64,000 nucleotides of DNA from Octopus sinensis (Eukaryota), in the NCBI RefSeq assembly GCF_006345805.1, contig NC_043014.1, positions 50,344,001 to 50,408,000 on the forward strand. The letters run 5' to 3'. The translations under genes were made by a program, and so were the position numbers. The notes under the pieces were generated by a model. The model did not search any database and had not been told where the DNA came from. It saw only the letters and a program-made list of their open reading frames with translations. Position 1 is the stretch's first letter, and each line of letters starts with the position of its first letter. Positions 56,151 to 64,000 of this stretch are shown piece by piece.

Positions 56151-56183
<33 letters not shown>

Positions 56184-56356
56184 CATATATACGACGGGCT
56201 TCTTTCAGTTTCCGTCTACCAAATCCACTCACAAGGCTTTGGTCGGCCCGAGGCTATAATAGAAGACACATGACCAAGGTGCCACGCAGTGGGACTGAAC
56301 CCAGAACCATGTGGTTGGTAGACAAGCTACTTACCACACAGCCACTCCTGCGCCCT
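55950..56356 (-). mobile_element. SINE group B, near consensus
   Basis: Full match to 12520-12916. Confidence 0.9.
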
Positions 56357-56879
56357 TAAATATCTTTTTAAATAAGTTGTCTCAGTATCTAATCATCTAA
56401 CGTGTCATTCATAAATAGATTCTTATTTCATTTCATATGCAACAGAAAGGCGGCTTAAACTTAAAACATATCGTTTTCTTACACTTCATTCAACGAAAGT
56501 AATAATGCAATAAATACTACAGTGAAATATTAATAAAGAAAATATTAAAATAGTATGAAATCTTTTTGACGCAGACGTGTCAGACATCATTTAACACCAG
56601 CGGTAATGCAGTGATATCATAGAATTAATTACTTCCTTATCAATATTTTAGGAGTTTATTCTACGTTTTTACTTTTCTAAAGTGTTTGTGAGTCATCGCA
56701 TACAAATGATTACATTTCTCGCTCTATTATAGAATTAAACGTTTTTATATAAAACGTAAGATAACAATTGATAGATGTAAAATAACTTCGGTGTAGGTTG
56801 ACTTTTCTGCTGTAAACAACAATGAAGTCTTCTGCAGTTGCTTGCTGAAAAATATCGTTTTTTTTTTTTTTCGCTTTTT

Positions 56880-57290
56880 CGCCCTTTTCAAGCCCAGTCA
56901 GGCTCATGGGCCCGGTTTTGTGGTTTCTGTGGCGTACGTGTTCCCCGCAGCTCGACGGGACGCCAGTCCATCGCAGCGTTACTCAAGACATAGGAAGAGA
57001 GAATGAGAGAAACTTGTGGCGAAAGAGTACAACAGGAGTCAGGCTCATGGGCCCAGTTTCCCGGTTTCTGTGGCGTATGTGTTCCCCGCAGCTCGACGGG
57101 ACGCCAGTCCATCGCAGCGTTACTCAAGAGATAGGAAGAGAGAATGAGAGAAAGTTGTGGCAAAAGAGTACAACAGGAGTCGCCACCACCCTTTGCCGAA
57201 GCCTCGTGGAGTTTTTTAAGTGTTTACGCTCAATAAACACACGTAGTGCCCGGTCTGGGAATCGAAACCGTGATCCTCCGACCACTGGGC
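56880..57290 (-). mobile_element. SINE group C (body 1 + tail Y) with an internal 141-bp tandem duplication
   Basis: AGTC at 56896, 57037 and 57178 (period 141); the two units are nearly identical. Confidence 0.9.
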
Positions 57291-58244
57291 CATTGATAAT
57301 TTGTTTACAGAATTCATATATTTGGGCTGTATATTACTTCCCTTGCACAATAAAACGTCTCATAAACTGATCCGTTAATGGAAGCCATCATCATGCAGTT
57401 GTGACTGCAATATGCTAAACACGAGATCACGATTTTCGGTGCATAAGACAGCGAAGGGTTATCCTGAAATTCTGCCTTCCAATCTCTTAGGTTAATCCTG
57501 GTTTCCATATATGAGAGGAACTTGATATTTCTCTCCTGCTGCTAATCTTTTCAACAGGGGCTTTAATTATGGGATTTTTGTACCTTTTACTCTATGACCT
57601 GTGGCAAGGACTATTTCTCATAAACATCCTGCAATCGCTTCCTAAAAGTCATCTTAAGCAATAACAAGTGCACTAAATTATGATCGATATATTCGGAACA
57701 TGCCATCAAAATAGATGTATCTCTTCATTAAGAATATGAAGTGAAATAGATACCCATACAAATACATATACATACAAAATAAAAGAGTCAGTCCATTCGA
57801 ATATTTGATCACTACTCACAGAGAACTACACAACTTTACCACTTTACCAATGACGTCAATATATTTGATCATTTAGAAAATATAAGATTTATTTGTGGGT
57901 AATGTAACAAGTAGTTTCAGTCGCTTTAGAAAGACAGTTTTATCCTGCTGAGATAAGAATGAATGCATATTAATATGAATTAAATTAATCTTTCATAATA
58001 TCCGTTTTTGAAGTTCAGGTGGAGAATAAAACTTACACACTGTAACAGAAGATCAATTCACAATCCTTTCTCAATGTCTGCTGTCATTATGTTTTCGTTT
58101 CGCAGCAAATGGAAGAACTGTTAACCCATCTCATAAATTTATCAGATGTGTATTTTATGACGTTACATTCCTCAGAGTTTAATATCCACTGATGCCAATT
58201 TTGCCTTTCATCAATTCGGGTTCCAAGAAATGAATACTTATTTC

Positions 58245-58657
58245 TTTACTTCCCATATGGGGCTAAACACAGAGAGGACAAAACAAGGACAGACAAACGG
58301 ATTAAGTCGATTATATCGACCCCAGTGCGTAACTGGTACTTACTTAATCGACCCCGAAAGGATGAAAGGCAAAGTCGACCTCGGTGGAATTTGAACTCAG
58401 AACATGAAGACAGACGAAATACCTATTTCTTTACTACCCACAAGGGGCTAAACACAGAGAGGACAAAACAAGGACAGACAAACGGATTAAGTCGATTATA
58501 TCGACCCCAGTGCGTAACTGGTACTTACTTAATCGCCCCCGAAAGGATGAAAGGCAAAGTCGACCTCGGCGGAATTTGAACTCAGAACATGAAGACAGAC
58601 GAAATACCGCTGAGCATTTCGTCCAGCGTGCTAACGATTCTGCTAGCTCGCCGCCTT
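58245..58657 (-). mobile_element. SINE group A, head-to-tail dimer
   Basis: Two near-identical units; junction at 58413-58440. Confidence 0.9.
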
Positions 58658-59258
58658 TCAAGGAAATGAATACCAGTTGTGCACTGGAGTTGATGTAAGT
58701 GATCAGTCTCTTCCGCCAAACTTACAAATCTTGTACCTAAATTCGAAAGAAAAATTATATTCATAATGAATGAAATTCCTCGCTCGTCTTCATAGAATTC
58801 CTTGCACAATATTTACAAATGATCATTCCATATGCTACTTTCTCCTCACGAAGTATGTACAGTTCCATAATGAAAATACAGTTACGTAAAATATGCTAGC
58901 GTCGACCTTACGAAATATCTTTCATGGAAAAGATAGACGCGATATTGTTTTGCAAATTCCAACATCGCCATTGATGTTTGCACGTGAGGTTTGACGTGAC
59001 AGCAACTAGGTCGTAAATTCAGAAGAAAGCATTGAAGAAACGGCGTGTACGTGGAAAATGTGTCTAAGTCAAAGAGAAGAAAATATTCGTAATTGTAAAT
59101 ATGATTAAATGTTTAGCAGCAACAGACGTAACATTAAATTAATTTATATCAAAACAAGCTGTTTTAATGGGATTCTAATAAAAAGATACAGTTTCTTACG
59201 TATTATTCTAGTCAACTTCAGCTTAAGTATGTTGTACTAAGTCTGCGTGTATGTATAT

Positions 59259-59293
<35 letters not shown>

Positions 59294-59298
59294 ATATT

Positions 59299-59340
<42 letters not shown>

Positions 59341-59568
59341 ATTTAAATATAAATATATATGTATATATATATGCATATATATTTAAATATAAATATATTA
59401 TATATATATATATATACATATATACATATGAACATGCATAAATATCTGGGTCCATAAATAAATGTTTACCATAAATATATATATACATACATACGTATAT
59501 ATACATATATATACATATATAATTCTAATATATATATATATTATATATTATGCATGTATATTATATAT

Positions 59569-59607
<39 letters not shown>

Positions 59608-59809
59608 ATATATGTTATATACGTATGTATGTATATATATTGTATATGTATATATATATATATATATATGTATATGTATATATACGTATGTATATATATA
59701 TTATATATACGATCCGTCAAACAGATTCGTAGCAAGTTGAAACAATATCGAAGTATCTTTCAAACTGATAAGAGGCCATTATGAAAAGCTTCTACATATT
59801 TTCACACAG

Positions 59810-59978
59810 TTCAAGACAACAACAGCTAGAAAATCAGCAGCCACAACACAACAACAACAGAAGAGCCACTCCTGGTTCCCAGCACAATGCTGACCCTGAC
59901 ATCGGTCAGGCACAACAACAACACCACAGCCACAGCAACAAGAACCAACAACAGCCACTCCTCAACTCTAGCTTACTA
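59810..59978 (+). CDS. Possible coding exon running into the assembly gap (Q/N/H-rich)
   Basis: Acceptor TTCTACATATTTTCACACAG (AG 59808-59809); open frame SRQQQLENQQPQHNNNRRATPGSQHNADPDIGQAQQQHHSHSNKNQQQPLLNSSLL up to the Ns. Confidence 0.3.
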
Positions 59979-60078
59979 NNNNNNNNNNNNNNNNNNNNNN
60001 NNNNNNNNNNNNNNNNNNNNNNNNNNNNNNNNNNNNNNNNNNNNNNNNNNNNNNNNNNNNNNNNNNNNNNNNNNNNNN
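59979..60078. other. Assembly gap (100 N)
   Basis: Direct. Confidence 1.
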
Positions 60079-60904
60079 GATCTATACATTTACTTTGCTT
60101 TCATTGTTATCTACGAAGCCGTATCTTTTTTGATTTTCATTTTGTTTCAAAGAATTTAAAGTATATACTTTATAGCATTTCAAAAATGTATTGAAAATTT
60201 TCCAGCGAAATATAAAAAAAAAAGAAGAATAACATGTGGCAAAGAAAAAAACAAAAAAGATCGAAACACTTGCAAAGAAATGTAATCTTGTCTTTCTATA
60301 GTTGGCGATGTCTCTAAAGCCATACTCTAGTTTAAGTGTTGGAAACTTTGAAATTTTGTTATTTGCTTACACTTCTCATCATAACATGGCGAGAATTTGT
60401 GTTGAGGTTCATAGTTAGTTATTGTGTACTAAAATGGAGCGGTTCACAATTATATCTTTGGACTAAAATTGCTATTTTCGATTTCGGCTTTGAAGATGAT
60501 GTCGCTATGTTAAAATTTAGAATAAAAGTTTCCAGAACAAAAGGGAGAAGAGCTTTTGTGCTGTCGCACAAACTACTGGATTTGTTTGGAGGTTCTGAAA
60601 TGAAATTTCCTGTTGTTAATGAGTTCTAATCAGTTTAAAGAATGTAGCAAATACAGTGATAAACTCGGTTTACGAACTTTATTCGTTTCTGAAAAGCGTT
60701 CGTTAAGAGGATGCTCTGTGAATTCAATCAGAGATAAGCACTGAGCGAAATTTAGATACCAAGTGAAGCTCTCCCGCAGACACACATTGATGCTGGCTTG
60801 TGTATTCGCTACTCGAGAGACAGTTCGTTACCCGAGATGATTTATGTTCAAGACTGTGCACGTGAACCGATTTGTTCGGAATGAGAGTGAATTATTTTAC
60901 TTCT

Positions 60905-61179
60905 TTCACGGAATTCTTTTACTTGCTTCAGTCAGTTCGCTGCGGACATGCTGGAACACTGCCTCAAATGATTTTAGTCGAACATTTCGACCCTAGGACT
61001 TATTATTTCTAAGCCTAGTACTTATTCTATCGTCACTTCGCCAACCAGCTAAGTTATGGGGATGTAAACACACCAACAACGATTGTCAAGTGGCGAGGCG
61101 GAGGAGAAATAAGAACACAAAGACACACACACGTAAATATATATACACACACATATACATAAACACATGCACACACACT

Positions 61180-61242
<63 letters not shown>

Positions 61243-61598
61243 TTAGGTGTGTGTGTTTGTATAGCATTTTCCCGATGGTCAGATAACTGAAGAGATGGTG
61301 GCGTGGATTTCCACCTCGGCATCCGAAACTCGAGTTTTATCATGGCTACCGAATAATTGTCACATATTACATTTACAGATATATTTTATATATGTGTGTG
61401 CGTGTGTGTGGTGTTGTGTATATATATATATATATTATTATATATTATATATATATATATAATACACCGGCTTCTTCCCGTTTCCATCCACCACTTCCAC
61501 TCACGAGGCTATAGTCGAAGACACTTGCCCAAGTCTCCACGAGGCGGGAGTGAAACCAGAACCATGTCGTTCAGAAGCGAGCTTCTAACCACAGAGCC
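60905..61598 (-). mobile_element. Diverged SINE group B whose internal microsatellite hosts the HH6 cassette
   Basis: 3' half at 60905-61110, 5' half at 61465-61598. Confidence 0.75.
61275..61348 (+). ncRNA. Type I hammerhead-like motif HH6
   Basis: GATAA-CTGAAGA-GATG...GTGG(ATTT)CCAC...CATC-C-GAAA-CTCGAGT-T-TTATC. Intact core, perfect 5-bp helix I with a further extension, long helix II, palindromic ACTCGAGT, GUU triplet; one extra C before G12. Confidence 0.75.
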
Positions 61599-61619
61599 AT
61601 AATCAGAAAATAATGGCTA

Positions 61620-61990
61620 TCATTAACAATAACATTTTCTTGCCTCGAAACCAGATTTTCGAAATTATTTTTCTCTCTTCGTACAAAGGAAATCAGATCC
61701 TTTTGATAAGAAAAACTGTATGAAGGGCTGTTTTAACAGCGTCCTTCCAATCGAAGGCTTTTATCATTAGTTAAGTGATAAAGTGTTCTGAATAAGTAAG
61801 ATGTGATGATGCTTTGTTTTGTGAATAGGGATGATGAGGTAGTGTTTCCCAGCTGAATGAATTCATCTGGAGTTTTTTAAGGGGATATCTAATCTGCATG
61901 TGGCCTTGCATTATCATGTAGCATAATGACTCCCTTTCAGCAGTCTCTAGTTTTTGTTATCATATGTGCAAAACGTGATTGACACGTTGT
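61620..61990 (-). mobile_element. Mariner catalytic-region remnant
   Basis: KGVIMLHDNARPH (61897-61918) and SWETLPHHPYS, equivalent to HDNARPH and WEVLPHPPYSPD; frameshifted. Confidence 0.75.
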
Positions 61991-62037
61991 TGTAAATAAG
62001 GTTTTGCCATCATATTTGTCCCTTGCTCCACTAATTA

Positions 62038-62335
62038 GTGGAGGCATATGGCCTAGTGGTTAGAGCAGTGGACTGGCGGTCGAGGGATCGCGGGTTCGAA
62101 TCTCAGACCGGGCGATGTGTGTGTTTATGAGCGAAACACCTAAGCTCCACTCGGCTCCAGCAGAAGGTAATGGCGAACTTCTGCTGACTCTTTCGCCACA
62201 ACTTTCTCTCACTCTTTCCTCCTGCATCTTGCAGCTCACCTGCGACAGAGCGGCGTCCCGTCCAGGTAGGGAACCTATACGCCAAGGAAACCGGGTAACC
62301 GGCCCTTATGAGCTAGGCATAGCTCGAGAAGGAAG
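62038..62335 (+). mobile_element. SINE group C (head 3 + body 3 + tail Y') with a ~13-bp imperfect TSD
   Basis: GGCATATGGCCTAGTGGTTAGAGC...GGGTTCGAATC; TTGCTCCACTAA before and TTGTTCCACTAA after. Confidence 0.85.
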
Positions 62336-62684
62336 GAACTTGTTCCACTAAATCCAAGTCAAGAATACATAATGTTCTCCACTGCTACTCCGTCGCCTAC
62401 GACCACGTTTATGTTCCATTTGAACCGATCAACAGAACAGTCTGCTCATGAAATTAACCTACATGTGGTTGAGTACTCCACAGACACGCGTGCCTTTAAA
62501 TGTACTTCTTAGGAAGGTTCAGCGTCTTTATCCACCTCTAGATTTCTATATATTGCTCTCGTATAATTTCCTCCAACATTATAGCCCTATTTGTAGAGCG
62601 TGGTGGGCACCTCTGGAATGCCTTGTGCCTATAATAGAAAGGATTATTTGTTTTGTTTTGGTATGTGTTTCTCCAATTCCTCTG

Positions 62685-63095
62685 TATAGGCGTAGGAGTG
62701 GCTGTCTGGTAAGTAGCTTGCTAACCAACCACATGGTTCCGGGTTCATTCCCATTGCGTGGGACCTTGGGTAAGTGTCTTCTACTACAGCCTCGGCCGAC
62801 CAAAGCCTTGTGAGTGGATTTGGTAGACGGAAACTGAAAGAAGCCCGTCGTATATATGTATATATGTATATATATGTGTGTGTGCGTGTTTGTGTGTCTG
62901 AGTTTGTCCTCCCAACATCGCTTGACAACTGATGCTGTTGTGTTTACGTCCCCGTAAGTTAGCGGTTCGGCAAAAGAGACCCATAGAATAAGTACTAGGC
63001 TTACAAAGAATAAGTCCCGGGGTCGATTTGCTCGACTAAAAGCTGGTGCTCCAGCATGGCCACAGCCAAATGACTGAAACAAGTAAAAGAAAGTA
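62685..63095 (+). mobile_element. SINE group B
   Basis: Full group B match. Confidence 0.9.
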
Positions 63096-63814
63096 AAGAG
63101 AGTATTACACAACAGAGTTTAAACGATTCTGAAGAAATTTTCTTTCCGAAAGTTACAATGTTTATCATAATTTATTTACATTTCTGAACAACATTTTCTT
63201 CCACCACCACCGTTTCTTTTTCTTATGATGTATGGGACTTCGGCTGACAGTTATTCAAAAACTCTACCGGAACAAACGAAAAAACAAAACATCAAAAACA
63301 TAAAGGTACCCTTAAACAAACATTTTCACTTTCTTCAATCCATTACCATCACCATGTGGACCAACAAAACCTAGTTACTATTACTACTACTACTATTACT
63401 ACTACTACTACTACTACTAGTAGTAGTAGTAGTAGTAGTAGTAGTAGATTTAACGCCAGCGCTTCGTAACTATGGGAGATCAATAAGGGGAAGGACAATA
63501 TTTCGTATTTATAAGAGAGTTCATGGAAGTTCAGATAGCGTTAGGAGTGAAGAATGTAAAGATTCCACCTTTTGGCCTTTGTCTGTATCAGAGAGTGGGA
63601 GAGAAAGAGAGAGACAGAGGGAAAGAGAGGGACAGAGAGAAGGAAAGAGAAAGGAAGAGAGGAGAGAGAGAGAGACCGAGAAAGAAAAAGAAAGACAGAG
63701 CGAGAGAAGTGGCGAGAGAGCGGGTGGGTGGGTGGTTAGGGTGATGGCGGTATTGGTTCGGTTGTCAGTTTGTAAAAGACACAACACCAATTTTTCACTG
63801 TTCCTTACTTTCAG

Positions 63815-63882
63815 GAAAAGGCCAAGGGGCCACTGACCTGAGACTAAAACAACAACAGCAACAACAACAACAACAAAAATAA
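63815..63882 (+). CDS. Possible short terminal exon (KGQGATDLRLKQQQQQQQQQK*)
   Basis: Strong acceptor CACTGTTCCTTACTTTCAG (AG 63813-63814); only one frame stays open beyond 9 codons, ending in poly-Q and a stop. Confidence 0.2.
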
Positions 63883-63898
63883 CTGTGAGGTCTGTGTA

Positions 63899-63939
<41 letters not shown>

Positions 63940-64000
63940 ATGTGTGTGAGAGACCGTGTTTGTTTGCGGGTGTTATTTGCTGTTATAGTATATATGTATA

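Overview
AT-rich, repeat-dense animal genomic DNA. The SINE families, R4/Dong-like LINE ends and microsatellite load suggest a coleoid cephalopod, probably Octopus (inference from repeat content, not a database match). No host gene can be confidently assembled, and nearly all long ORFs in the track are microsatellite translation artefacts. The window holds three groups of tRNA-derived SINEs (informally A, B and C; roughly 40 copies or fragments) and decayed restriction-like-endonuclease (R4/Dong-type) LINE fragments. It also holds a LINE ORF1 zinc-knuckle remnant, a nearly full-length decayed maT/Tc1-mariner element with TIRs, three mariner fragments, a Helitron-like non-autonomous element, very long di-, tri- and tetranucleotide arrays and a 100-N gap. 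The main hunt result is six minimal type I hammerhead-ribozyme-like motifs. They lie on both strands, have different helix sequences but one architecture, and mostly sit in short cassettes embedded in (TA)n/(TG)n arrays, as expected for Penelope-like or retrozyme-like elements. Other highlights are two ~180-bp fold-back hairpins ~500 bp apart, a SINE flanked by a 114/113-bp direct repeat, mix-and-match SINE body/tail modules and a recurrent head-to-tail SINE junction.
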